NCBI GenBank assembly: GCA_028864975.1 | Contig: JAGWLG010000001.1 | Location: forward strand, 32,001-96,000 | Direction of reading: 5' to 3' | DNA length: 64,000 bases | Origin: Thermoplasmata archaeon | GTDB lineage: Archaea > Thermoplasmatota > Thermoplasmata > Lutacidiplasmatales > UBA184 | Shown here: positions 46,038 to 55,366 of the stretch, one piece after another | Numbering within the stretch: position 1 is the first letter of the stretch | Layout: every line of letters begins with the position of its first letter | Made by a program: the position numbers and the translations under genes | The notes under the pieces: generated by a model | The model's input: the letters and a program-made list of their open reading frames with translations, nothing else | Told to the model about the DNA's origin: nothing | The model's database searches: none

Positions 46038-48099
46038 GTGCGCCGCCAAAGACAGCAAGACCAATAGGTGAAAGACCGACAGTGGAAGAAACCGAGAGAC
46101 ACGTAGCGAGGACCAAGGCCGAGCCGGCAACGGCTCGATTGAAGCAGGTCGACAATGGGGAAAGTCGGGCCTTCGGGCTCGGGGACCCCTACGCGAAGCC
46201 GCAGGCCCAATCGCAAGAAAACCCCCGTGGCAGTCGCCACAAGAATGTCGTCACTGGGCCCCTCCGAAAGGAGAGGCATGGGCGCGCCGAGCCTCTGTCG
46301 TCGAGGCGAAGGCAGCACCTTGGGCCGGAACTCGGGAATGAGGTCCAGGGGCGCCCCGGCGTTGCGGGGTGGGCATGTGGTGAAGGTCGGCTGGAAGAAG
46401 GCGGGAGATCCCGCGAGGCTTCGGGACGGGAGGCAAGGTCCACAGGTCCCGTGACCCGGAGCAGGACGGCCATAAGGGTAGGACCCGAAAGGTCGCCCGG
46501 TGCCTCGCGGGAAGTCGGAGAGGTCCGTAGTATCGGTGCGCCGCCTGTAATGGACGGGAAGGAGAAGGGACCTCACTTCGGTGCCGCGCCTGGAGGAGAA
46601 CGAGACCGCCCAAGTGACCGAGAGGTCTAGGACATGGGCAACAGTAAGGTCGGCGAGCTCCAAGAGGCGCTCTACCGAGCGGCAAAGGCGGACGTGGACC
46701 GAAGGTTCCACGCCCTACACGACAAACTCTGGCGTCCCGACGTTCTGCAGGAGGCCTGGGCGAAGGTCCGGGCCAACGGCGGAGCGGCGGGCGTCGACGG
46801 CAAGACCATCAGGGAAGTCGAAGACGAAAGTGTGCCCCGATTCTTGGAGGGGCTGGCGCGCGAACTCAAGGACCCGACGTATCGCCCGAGTCCACTGCGG
46901 CGGGTGTGGATACCAAAGCCCAACGGCAAGAAGCGCGGGCTGGGGATTCCCACCGTCAAGGACCGGGTGGCCCAGGCGGCGGTGAAGCTCTTGCTGGAGC
47001 CCATTTTCGAGGCGGACTTTGAGCCGTTCTCGTTCGGGTTCCGACCGGGGCGGTCCGCCCACGATGCGGTCGCGGAGGTCGTGAAGTACCTCAACTTTGG
47101 CTGCGAGCACGTGGTGGACGCCGACATCTCGGGATGCTTTGACAACATCCCGAAGGACCGCCTGTTGAGAGCAGTAGCGAGACGAGTCTCGGACGGAGCC
47201 TTGCTGAAGTTGATTCGGCAGTGGCTGGACTGTGGTTTGGTGGAAGGCGAGAGCTTTCAGAACCCGGACCGGGGGACCCCGCAGGGTTCCCCCCTGTCTC
47301 CACTGTTGGCCAACATCTACCTCGACAGGCTCGACAAGGGGTGGAGACGATGTGGTCTGGCCGCGCGAGAACGCGCGAACGCCCATCTGGTGAGGTACGC
47401 GGACGACTTCGTCATCCTGGCGAAGCGCGACATACAGGGGGTGAAGGTGACCCTGGACTCGATCATCCGGGAACTGGGGCTGACCCTGAGCCCAGAAAAG
47501 ACGCGGATTGTGGAAGCTGAGGAGGGATTCGACTTCCTCGGCTTCCATTTTCTTCGTCGCTTCAGCCAGGAAAAGGACAAACGCGTAACCTGGTGGTTTC
47601 CCTCCACGAAGTCGAAGCGCAGAATCCGAGAGAGGTTACATGCGCTTACCGGCACCGAGTGTCTTGCTCGGGGGACGTTCAGTGGCATCGTAGAAGAGGT
47701 CGCAGGAACCCTTCGGGGATGGGGAGAGTACTTCCGGCGCAGCAACGCGAGCTCGGCCATCGACCAAATCTGGTGGTACGCTTTCGAGCGCTTGGCCTGG
47801 CTGTACCGGAGGCAACGACCGAGAGGGCGGGTAAAACGAAGGCAGGTCGCATGGGCGGAGAAACGGCTTCGAGCCGTACGCCCGACCGTGCAGGCCTACA
47901 ACCTCCCGAGGCCCGCATGAACGCCGATAGCCGCAAGGTGAACACCGTCGGAGAGCGGAGTGCGGGAAATCCGCCTGCTCCGTTCGACGGGGGGGCAGTG
48001 GAGACGCAGCATGGGAGTCCCTCGGTCGCCGAGGACTCCCATGTCGGAGAACTACGCAACAACGCGAAGAACGCCGAGCGCGCCACTGCCCTACCCTAC
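46038..48099 (+). mobile_element. Complete group II intron (ribozyme + intron-encoded RT/maturase)
   Basis: 5' GTGCG at 46038. Domain V GAGCGGAGTGCGGGAAATCCGCCTGCTCCGTTC (47951-47983, AGC triad). Domain VI GGGGGCAGTGG/CCACTGCCCT-A-CCC with a bulged A; 3' end ...CCCTAC. Confidence 0.9.
46634..47920 (+). CDS. ltrA: Group II intron reverse transcriptase/maturase, no endonuclease domain
   Basis: GIPTVKDRVAQ, SFGFRPGRSAHDA, DADISGCFDNI, GTPQGSPLSPLLANIYL, RYADDF, FDFLGF, domain X LRGWGEYF. Confidence 0.97.
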   Translation: MGNSKVGELQEALYRAAKADVDRRFHALHDKLWRPDVLQEAWAKVRANGGAAGVDGKTIREVEDESVPRFLEGLARELKDPTYRPSPLRRVWIPKPNGKKRGLGIPTVKDRVAQAAVKLLLEPIFEADFEPFSFGFRPGRSAHDAVAEVVKYLNFGCEHVVDADISGCFDNIPKDRLLRAVARRVSDGALLKLIRQWLDCGLVEGESFQNPDRGTPQGSPLSPLLANIYLDRLDKGWRRCGLAARERANAHLVRYADDFVILAKRDIQGVKVTLDSIIRELGLTLSPEKTRIVEAEEGFDFLGFHFLRRFSQEKDKRVTWWFPSTKSKRRIRERLHALTGTECLARGTFSGIVEEVAGTLRGWGEYFRRSNASSAIDQIWWYAFERLAWLYRRQRPRGRVKRRQVAWAEKRLRAVRPTVQAYNLPRPA

Positions 48100-48435
48100 T
48101 GAACGCACGTCCGGCGACGAATCGTGGGTCGACCAAGAGGCCGACGAGGTCCAGGCCCTGCTCCGTGAGCACGGGCTCGACATGGAACTCTGTGTCTGGT
48201 ACGATCCGAGCACTGAGGTCATGCTCGGAATCGGTTTCGATGGAAGTCCAGCCAGATATTTCCGGTCTCTCGAGTCGGACACGGGAGCGAAGGGTCAGCC
48301 CGTCGCCGAGCCCGCGCTTGGCTGCCACCCGGGCGGCGGGAGCTCGACCTGCCCCCTCCGCTGGGTCCCCTCCCGCGGACCGGCGCAATCCATACCTCAC
48401 GCGCATCCAAGTAGGCGACGAGGAGTGCGTTCGAC

Positions 48436-49269
48436 GTGGAGACCCCTGGGCAGGCCGTCTCGGGCTACCCGCGCCCGCTCGTTCCCCCGGAGGGATTTTT
48501 CCAGAAGGCCTTCGCTAGCGCCCCCGCGCCGGCCACCCCGTCCGACCTGAGAGCTCTCACTGCGCGCCTCGACCTCGGGGGATGCTCCAAGTTCTTCCTT
48601 GCGCAGCCGCGCGAGCTTGGCACGGCCCAGGACTCCCCTGTCTACTTCGTGCTGGACCTCCAGCGTCGCCGACGCCTGACGCTCGGGCGCGACCTGAATA
48701 GCGAGCAGAAGTTCGCGCGCGAGGCCGGCGCCCGCCCGGTCGCCAAGATCCGTTACGCGAACGGGATGCTTGTCGAGTACTTCGCTCGGGGCTACGTCCT
48801 CCACTCGGTCGGGCCAGGGGTGGACGACGCGATCGGCCTGGCCTTCACCTTCCTCGTCTCGTCCAACACGAAGTCGTACCACCCTACTCCTTGGGATTGT
48901 CTTTCCTTCGTCGACCACCAGGGCAGGACGTTCTTCTACGTCCCTGCCCGACCCGCGCTCGCTTCGGGCGACCCGGCGTCCACTTCGATCCGTGTCGATA
49001 TCCAACAATCCTACCTGACGGACGGTGCACCCCTCTTGCTCTGGGAGTACGACACTCGAACGAAGGATTGGCGTTTCCTTCGCCCCGACATGTCGATCGT
49101 GGCCGAATCCTCGGAGCTCCCGGACGATGGGGACCCGTCGATGAGGGTGGGTCGCGACCTGAAAATGGTCTCGAGCGACACACCGGCACTCCTCGTTCTC
49201 GCCCAGGCCCTCTTGATCCGTCAGCGCGTCGCGATGCTTCGCGGGGCGGGGACCGGCCCAGCCCGCTGA
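48436..49269 (+). CDS. Hypothetical beta-rich protein
   Basis: 277-aa coding-like ORF with many short beta strands and a terminal hydrophobic helix. Confidence 0.6.
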   Translation: METPGQAVSGYPRPLVPPEGFFQKAFASAPAPATPSDLRALTARLDLGGCSKFFLAQPRELGTAQDSPVYFVLDLQRRRRLTLGRDLNSEQKFAREAGARPVAKIRYANGMLVEYFARGYVLHSVGPGVDDAIGLAFTFLVSSNTKSYHPTPWDCLSFVDHQGRTFFYVPARPALASGDPASTSIRVDIQQSYLTDGAPLLLWEYDTRTKDWRFLRPDMSIVAESSELPDDGDPSMRVGRDLKMVSSDTPALLVLAQALLIRQRVAMLRGAGTGPAR

Positions 49270-49382
49270 TGCTGTGTTGCCACCCTCAATCTCCCGAAGG
49301 GGATGCATGGTGACAATGCCAGGGGGACGCTGCATCCTCCCGGCCATGGCGCTGGCCGAGTTATCTGTAGCCCGCGTGTCAA

Positions 49383-49964
49383 GTGGACATGTCAGAAACG
49401 GCCTCGCCAGACCCGGCCTCGCTCCGAGCTGGCTCGAAGCCTCGGCGCTTCCGCCGAACCGACCACTTCGTGCTCGCATTGACGGGTTTCGCGCTGGGGC
49501 TCCTTGTCGGTCTCGCCCTGTACGGCTTTGCACCTCTCGAGCCGGGCACAGGTCCGACGAGGTCGAGCGTGGCTCCCAACCGCGGCACGGTCCTCGTGTC
49601 GCAGAACCTGACCAACTGGTCGTTTAGCACGGGCTCGGCGTGGTCCACCGTGAACTTCACAGCCCCCCCGTCCGGTTTCGCGTTCGACAACGTGAGCGTG
49701 TACTTTGTCATTCATGGCTGTGGGTTCCGGGGAGTGAGCTACTTCGCGCGGCTTCAGGCCCCGAGCCTCGGATCCCCTTGGGGTAATCCGGGCGGTGCGG
49801 TCGCCGAGGTCTATGGTACCGTCTGGGCTACGGGTGCCGGCCCCTGCTCCGGGTTCGGTTCGATCGACATCCCCACCGGCATGACGGAGCTTGTTTACGA
49901 CATCCTGAGCGTCGGGGCCGGCGCTTCGGCGTTGCCAACGACCGTCACCGTGACTGGCTATTGA
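49383..49964 (+). CDS. Membrane-anchored secreted beta-sandwich protein
   Basis: TM FVLALTGFALGLLVGLALYGF, then a Ser/Thr/Gly-rich domain with a Cys pair. Confidence 0.65.
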   Translation: MDMSETASPDPASLRAGSKPRRFRRTDHFVLALTGFALGLLVGLALYGFAPLEPGTGPTRSSVAPNRGTVLVSQNLTNWSFSTGSAWSTVNFTAPPSGFAFDNVSVYFVIHGCGFRGVSYFARLQAPSLGSPWGNPGGAVAEVYGTVWATGAGPCSGFGSIDIPTGMTELVYDILSVGAGASALPTTVTVTGY

Positions 49965-50113
49965 GGGGGCGCTTGGGCTGCACGTAGCCCACCGGCCGCG
50001 AGTCCGTCCTACCTCGCATCCCGCCAGCACCTCGTCCCCCGGCTGTTCCTCTTCCCTTCCCCGGGCCAACCGCGCCTCGTCAAGTCTAAGTGAGCGGTCC
50101 CTGTCGTCGGCAC

Positions 50114-50464
50114 GTGCCGGATACCTCCACGGATCACCTGGCCAATGAGCGGACGTTCCTCGCTTGGATCCGCACCTCGATCACCATCATTGGGCTCGGC
50201 TTCGTGGTGGCGCGGTTCGGCCTCTTCCTCCGTGCGCTCAGGACCGGAAGTGCTGGAACGGCGTCACCTGTGAGCGAGTGGGTGGGGGTCGCGCTGGTCC
50301 TTTCGGGGAGCCTGCTGATGGCGGTGGCATGGTACCGCTTTCGTGTCGTACGCGAGGACCTGGTTCGGGGGTCCTACACCCCACGAGGGGGGTTGGAGCT
50401 CATCCTGACCGTCGTGCTGGTCTCGGTGGGCATCGCCCTCGCGATCTATCTCCTGGTGAGCTGA
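50114..50464 (+). CDS. DUF202 (YidH-like) membrane protein
   Basis: DHLANERTFLAWIRTS signature; three TMs. Confidence 0.9.
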   Translation: MPDTSTDHLANERTFLAWIRTSITIIGLGFVVARFGLFLRALRTGSAGTASPVSEWVGVALVLSGSLLMAVAWYRFRVVREDLVRGSYTPRGGLELILTVVLVSVGIALAIYLLVS

Positions 50465-50619
50465 ACCATCCCGCAAACACCCGTGCTTGGGCCTTCCTGA
50501 CCCCCAGGGTGTGAGCAGGGGGAGCCTTCCAGCTCGACCAGTCCTCCCCCCCACCGCGCGACTTCGAGTGGAGGTCATCCTTTAAGGAGGGGTTCCCCGC
50601 CTGAGGCTCTATCGCACAA

Positions 50620-52206
50620 GTGACGGCGAACGACCCTCTCCAAAACGACGCGGCCTGGGTGAGGTGCCCGTTCTGTCACGCTTCGCTCTCCGGAACCCCC
50701 CTCCATCAGCACATGGCGAGGAGCCACGCGGCCATGGCCCGCCCTTCTGCACCCCCTCCACCCCCGGACCTCTCCCCGACCCCGGAACCTTCCCATAGGG
50801 CGGACCCCGGGATGATCGAGGACCCGACGTCGCCCCTCACTCCGGCGGAACTCGCGATCTTGGAAGATGGGACCCGAGAACTGGCCTTGGCGAGGAGCTC
50901 GGCCCTCGCGCCGGTCGAGACTCCCGTGCCCCCCGCTGCCGCGGCGACCCCCGACCCCCTCCCGCTCCCGACGGGAGAGAGCCCTCTCCCCCAAGTGGGG
51001 GGGGAGCTCACCACCCTCCGCCACAGCTGGCAAGAGCTGGGAGAGCGGATGGCCCTCCTCCAGTCACGGCTCGCCTCCCGCGAGGCGGCGGCGCGGAGGG
51101 AGCTCACCCGGCTCGAAGAAGAACGGTCCCAGACGGAATCGCGGGTACGTGGTCTCGAAGAGGACCTTGAGCAGGAGCGGTCCTCCCGACAGCGGTCGGA
51201 AGAGTCGCTGCGGCAGGTGCAGGAAGGCCTCCGGGCCCGGGAACAAGAGCTCCAGACCGAGCGCTCCTCGCGCGAGCAGGTGGAGGGCCTGCTCGAACAT
51301 GCCCGAGCGGACGGGGCCGAGAGCGCCCGGCGCATCCAACAGGTCTCGGGGGAGCTCGCCTCCGTGGTCGAGGAGCGCGGGCGGCTCCAGCAGGCCCAGG
51401 CGGTGCTCGGACAGCGGCGTGGAGCTGAGGAGCGGCAGCTGCTCAAGGCCGCCAAGATGCTTCGAGAGGCCCACTCCGAGCTGCAGCAGCGCGATGAGAA
51501 CCTGAGGGTCCTTGAAGCGAAGCTCGAAGGAACGGAACACGAGCTTGGAGCGGCTCGCGCGAGGGCCGAGACCGGCGAGATGGAGTCTTCCAGGAGGATC
51601 GCGGAGGTGAGCTCTCAGCTCAGATCCGAGCGTGACCAACGCGCAGACATCGAGCATCGGCTCGCGGAGTCGAGCGCCAGGGTCGCGGCGTTGGAAAAGG
51701 AGGTCGCGGCGCTACGCTCGGCTCCGCCGCCCGGACCGGAGAAGACCGTCCGAGCCCTTCCACCCTCCGCAGGCCCCGTGCCTTGCGTTCCGGTGGGATT
51801 CCTCGGGCCTCGGAGCCCCTCGGTCGTGAAGGAGGCCTACTTCGCGCTCGGAAAGGGGGAGGCGCTCGAGCGGCTCCTCGAGACGACGCTACGTCGTTGG
51901 GGGTCGCTCCCCTATCCCATGGTCCCGACCGGCGGGCCGAACGAGCCGTTCTCGATAGTTCTCCGAGGCGACCCGCAGGGTCGATCGATCCGGGTCCTCC
52001 ACTCCGGGGCCTTCCTTCTGCGGCTCGGAGAGCAGGAGCTCTCCGAGGTCGGGGAGCTTCCGACACTGGTGCGAAGGCGGTCCACAGGGTCCCCCGTCCG
52101 TGCGACCTCACTCGCCTCCCGTTCCTGGCGCTCCTCTCCGGAAGCGCGCTCTGCTCCACCGAAGAAGGCCCCCGAAGGCGGGGCGGCGGCGCTAGTTCGC
52201 CCTTAA
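50620..52206 (+). CDS. C2H2 zinc-finger + long coiled-coil protein
   Basis: CPFC...LHQHMARSH, Pro-rich linker, about 240 aa of heptads, small C-terminal globular domain. Confidence 0.75.
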   Translation: MTANDPLQNDAAWVRCPFCHASLSGTPLHQHMARSHAAMARPSAPPPPPDLSPTPEPSHRADPGMIEDPTSPLTPAELAILEDGTRELALARSSALAPVETPVPPAAAATPDPLPLPTGESPLPQVGGELTTLRHSWQELGERMALLQSRLASREAAARRELTRLEEERSQTESRVRGLEEDLEQERSSRQRSEESLRQVQEGLRAREQELQTERSSREQVEGLLEHARADGAESARRIQQVSGELASVVEERGRLQQAQAVLGQRRGAEERQLLKAAKMLREAHSELQQRDENLRVLEAKLEGTEHELGAARARAETGEMESSRRIAEVSSQLRSERDQRADIEHRLAESSARVAALEKEVAALRSAPPPGPEKTVRALPPSAGPVPCVPVGFLGPRSPSVVKEAYFALGKGEALERLLETTLRRWGSLPYPMVPTGGPNEPFSIVLRGDPQGRSIRVLHSGAFLLRLGEQELSEVGELPTLVRRRSTGSPVRATSLASRSWRSSPEARSAPPKKAPEGGAAALVRP

Positions 52207-52228
52207 GGCCCCGCGGGTTCCCCCCGCC

Positions 52229-53155
52229 GTGCCCCCTTCCGAGTTCTCCTCCCTCGATCCCAAGATGCTGGCCGAAGCCGAGGAAGGGGTCGCGGGAGCC
52301 GGGCCCTTCCGTCCGGACCTGTTCAAGGACAAGGTCGTACTCATCACGGGAGGCGCGACAGGCCTCGGGCGAAGCCTAGCGATACGGCTTGCCCACCTTG
52401 GCGCGAAGATCGTAGTGGGCTCGAGGAACGAGGAGAACCTTCGGAAGCTCTGCGACGAGATCCGAGGGGCCGGGAGCGAGGCCACCTACAAGGTCACCAA
52501 CGTGCGCGACGCCGCCCAGTCGGCCTCGCTCGTCCAGGAGGCCTGGGACCGCTTCCGCAGCTTGGACGGGGTCGTCAACGATGCCGCGGGGAACTTCCTT
52601 GCCCGCACGGAGGACGTCTCCCCGAAGGGGTTCAACGCGGTCGTGGAGACCGTCCTCCACGGGACATTCTACGTTACGCAGGCCGCGGGGCAGAGGTGGA
52701 TCCGCGAGCACCGCGGGGGGGTGGTCCTCAACGTCGTCACCACCTACGCGTGGACGGGCTCGGCGTTCCTCATCCCTTCTGCGGCCGCCAAGGCCGGGGT
52801 CCTCGCCATGACCCGTTCCCTTGCTGTGGAGTGGGCGCGTCATGGGATCCGATTGAACGCGATCGCGCCGGGCCCGATCCCGACCGCGGGCGCATGGGGC
52901 CATCTCGTGCCCGGGGCCAACCTCGAGGAGATGGTGAAGGAGCACCTTCCCGTGGGACGGTTCGGCAGACACTCGGACTTCTGCGACCTCTCCACCTTCC
53001 TGCTGAGCGACGCCGCGTCGTTCATCACGGGCGAGTGCGTGGTCTCGGACGGTGGTGAGTGGCTCGTGGGGAACTCCTTCCAGATGCTCCGACAGCTTCC
53101 TCCCGAGTTCTGGGAGGAGATGGCCGGTGCTCGCCAGCGCGCGAAGACCCCGTGA
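52229..53155 (+). CDS. SDR oxidoreductase, 2,4-dienoyl-CoA reductase-like
   Basis: TGGATGLG, NDAAGNF, SAAAKAGV, NAIAPGPI, DGGEWL. Confidence 0.88.
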   Translation: MPPSEFSSLDPKMLAEAEEGVAGAGPFRPDLFKDKVVLITGGATGLGRSLAIRLAHLGAKIVVGSRNEENLRKLCDEIRGAGSEATYKVTNVRDAAQSASLVQEAWDRFRSLDGVVNDAAGNFLARTEDVSPKGFNAVVETVLHGTFYVTQAAGQRWIREHRGGVVLNVVTTYAWTGSAFLIPSAAAKAGVLAMTRSLAVEWARHGIRLNAIAPGPIPTAGAWGHLVPGANLEEMVKEHLPVGRFGRHSDFCDLSTFLLSDAASFITGECVVSDGGEWLVGNSFQMLRQLPPEFWEEMAGARQRAKTP

Positions 53156-53185
53156 GCGCGACCAGCGATGGGAGGACCGCCCCGG

Positions 53186-53356
53186 TCAGAGCCTGACCGT
53201 CGCACTGTTCGTCCCGGAGACCGTCACGGTCGCTTGAACGCGGCTCACCCCGGTCCCCGCGGCGATGACGAGCGGGTCGCCCGCGGCGATCGTGACCGGT
53301 AGCGTGGCGTTCAGGGCGGACCATCCGGCCGAGGTGAAGTAGGCGCCCTCCCCCTC
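53186..53356 (-). pseudogene. Start-less C-terminal fragment of a pilin/surface protein
   Basis: Reads EGEGAYFTSAGWSALNATLPVTIAAGDPLVIAAGTGVSRVQATVTVSGTNSATVRL*. In-frame stop immediately upstream (53357-53359) and no start codon. Confidence 0.45.
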
Positions 53357-53410
53357 TCAAGTCTTCCGAGGGCCGCGATGGAAGTCGAATGGGCGGCTGA
53401 GCCCCGTAGA

Positions 53411-54484
53411 TTACAGAAGCTGGCCCAGGCTCGGTCGGTCCAGCTCGTCCATGTCCACGGCCCGGATCCCCAGCTCGACGGTCTCCGCGCTCATCGGGCT
53501 GGAAACCAGCCCCCGCAGCATCGCTCGAAGGTTGGCCCTTGCCAGAAGCTGAGCTCCCAGCTCGCGCAGTCTCTGTTCGACTACCTCCTGGAAACCTTCG
53601 CCTTTGAGCTGCTTCCAGGTCCACAGCGCTGAGGAGAGGAAATGGTCCCGTCTCACGACGTAGGCAAGATACCCTTCCAGGAGCTCGATCGCGCTCCCCT
53701 CCATCGAGGGAGGGTGGTCCAGCACCGAGAATACTCCCAAGGACCGCCCGCCCCCTCCTCCCTCCTGGAGCTCCAAGGCCTCGCAACCGGATCCTTGGGA
53801 ACGCACGGCCACGATTCCGACGCCGCGCTCTTGGTACATCGGAAGGAGCTCCAGCGGGTCCTGGGCGTCGGGGAGTGGGGCAGGCGGGAAGTCGTCGTCC
53901 GAGGGTCTCGGAGGGTGTCGGACGATCCGCGCGATGAGGTCGGCCGGGTCGGAGAGCCTCGAGGAACGAAGGGCCCGGCGCATGCTGCGACCCCACGCGT
54001 CGGCCGTCGTACCGGACCGGGGTGCCACATCCGGGGAGCGCAATTCTCCGCGCACCGCCTCGAGCTCCTCCTCCAAACCGACGGGCGACTCCTCGGGGCC
54101 GTCGTCAGTCCTCCACTCCTCCAGTCGACCGAGGTCGACCCCCGGGCAGGAGAGGACGACGCTGGCCTGTGCGCGATGGTTGAGGGCGACGTGCAGAGGG
54201 AATGCGCGGCAGGGGAACGGACGGGCCGGATGGCAACGGCACCTCGCCTCGCTCAAGAAATAGCAGGCACCTCCCCCCTCCCGCGACGCGATGTGGGAGG
54301 TCGCGTCCCCCCCTTTCACGACCGAGACTGGGGCTTCAGGGTCGATCTGCAGGAGGCGCTGCCGCTCCCCGGGAGCGACCGCAGGTGAGGTGAAGCAGCA
54401 GAGGCCACACTCCGGTTGGCAGCGGAAGGCGAAGCCTCGGAGCAGCGAGAGGTCCAGTGTCGGTGGGGCAGGGTCCCGGTGCAT
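53411..54484 (-). CDS. YkgJ-family cysteine-cluster (putative Fe-S/Zn) protein
   Basis: FRCQPECGLCC, CYFL...CRCH..RP..CRAFP. Confidence 0.85.
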   Translation of the reverse strand: MHRDPAPPTLDLSLLRGFAFRCQPECGLCCFTSPAVAPGERQRLLQIDPEAPVSVVKGGDATSHIASREGGGACYFLSEARCRCHPARPFPCRAFPLHVALNHRAQASVVLSCPGVDLGRLEEWRTDDGPEESPVGLEEELEAVRGELRSPDVAPRSGTTADAWGRSMRRALRSSRLSDPADLIARIVRHPPRPSDDDFPPAPLPDAQDPLELLPMYQERGVGIVAVRSQGSGCEALELQEGGGGGRSLGVFSVLDHPPSMEGSAIELLEGYLAYVVRRDHFLSSALWTWKQLKGEGFQEVVEQRLRELGAQLLARANLRAMLRGLVSSPMSAETVELGIRAVDMDELDRPSLGQLL

Positions 54485-54509
54485 GATGCAGGGCTCCCGG
54501 GAGACGAGG

Positions 54510-55337
54510 TCAAGCCACGGTGTAGATGTGGCTCACATCGTCCGGCCGGAAGAGGACCTCGTCCATGTCGCGGTCGCGCAGCAGCGTGCCGGATAGGCGG
54601 TGCTCCCGCCCGCTCGAAGCCTCGTAGAGGACCTCGAGCTTGATCGTTCCCTCCATGCCGTGCCCATGAAGCGCCCCTCCGATCTGGACCGAACGGTCAG
54701 CCGCGATGTACGCCACGCGGTCCACCGGCTTGCCGTCCACAAGGATGCGGACATCGACCGCGAGGCCGGGACCGAAGTTGTGGATGTAGAGCTCCCGAAG
54801 CCCTGTCACGGTCTGCTTCTCCTGGCTCCCGGTCACCACCCGATGCTGCTTGACCCCCATCAGCCAAAGGTGGGGCGTCATGGACCCTTCGTCCGTCCGC
54901 TCGATCTGTCGCAAGTTCCGCCAGGTCTCGAACGCTGCGGCGGCCGTGGCGATCGCGGCGATGACGACCGGGAAGTCGTAGAGGAAGGTGTCCTGGGTAA
55001 GGCGGCCCAAGAGCAGGAGCGTGAGGTAGATCACGAACATGACGAAGAAGAGCACGACCAGGCCGATCTCTCCGGGGCAGAGCCCGATCCGGGGGTTCGT
55101 GGTCGCGAGCCAATCGATGACGGTCGCGCGGGTCTCGCCGAGGCCGGTAGCGGGCTTCACTGCCCCCGGGACATCGGACGGACGCCCGGGAGGGGGCGGA
55201 AGGGGAGGGGCACCCGACGCCGCCGGTGGAGGAGGGGGGAGGAGCGGAGCGGCCGCCACGTTCGAGGGATGGGGGAGACGCGCCTCTTGAAACTTGTCCC
55301 TGCCCGGGGCCGACGCGAGATCTCGGACCAAAGACAA
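54510..55337 (-). CDS. Hypothetical membrane protein
   Basis: Pro-rich N-terminus, two TMs, C-terminal beta domain (IHNFGPGLAVDV). Confidence 0.6.
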   Translation of the reverse strand: MSLVRDLASAPGRDKFQEARLPHPSNVAAAPLLPPPPPAASGAPPLPPPPGRPSDVPGAVKPATGLGETRATVIDWLATTNPRIGLCPGEIGLVVLFFVMFVIYLTLLLLGRLTQDTFLYDFPVVIAAIATAAAAFETWRNLRQIERTDEGSMTPHLWLMGVKQHRVVTGSQEKQTVTGLRELYIHNFGPGLAVDVRILVDGKPVDRVAYIAADRSVQIGGALHGHGMEGTIKLEVLYEASSGREHRLSGTLLRDRDMDEVLFRPDDVSHIYTVA

Positions 55338-55366
55338 TAAGTGCCACGAGCCTCCCGCTGCTTCGG

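Noticed and set aside
46038-48099. Class C (terminator-targeting) intron, retron or DGR interpretation of the RT
   Set aside because: Domain V has an AGC rather than CGC triad and there is no upstream terminator hairpin. The group II ribozyme ends and maturase domain are present, and there is no template/variable repeat pair.
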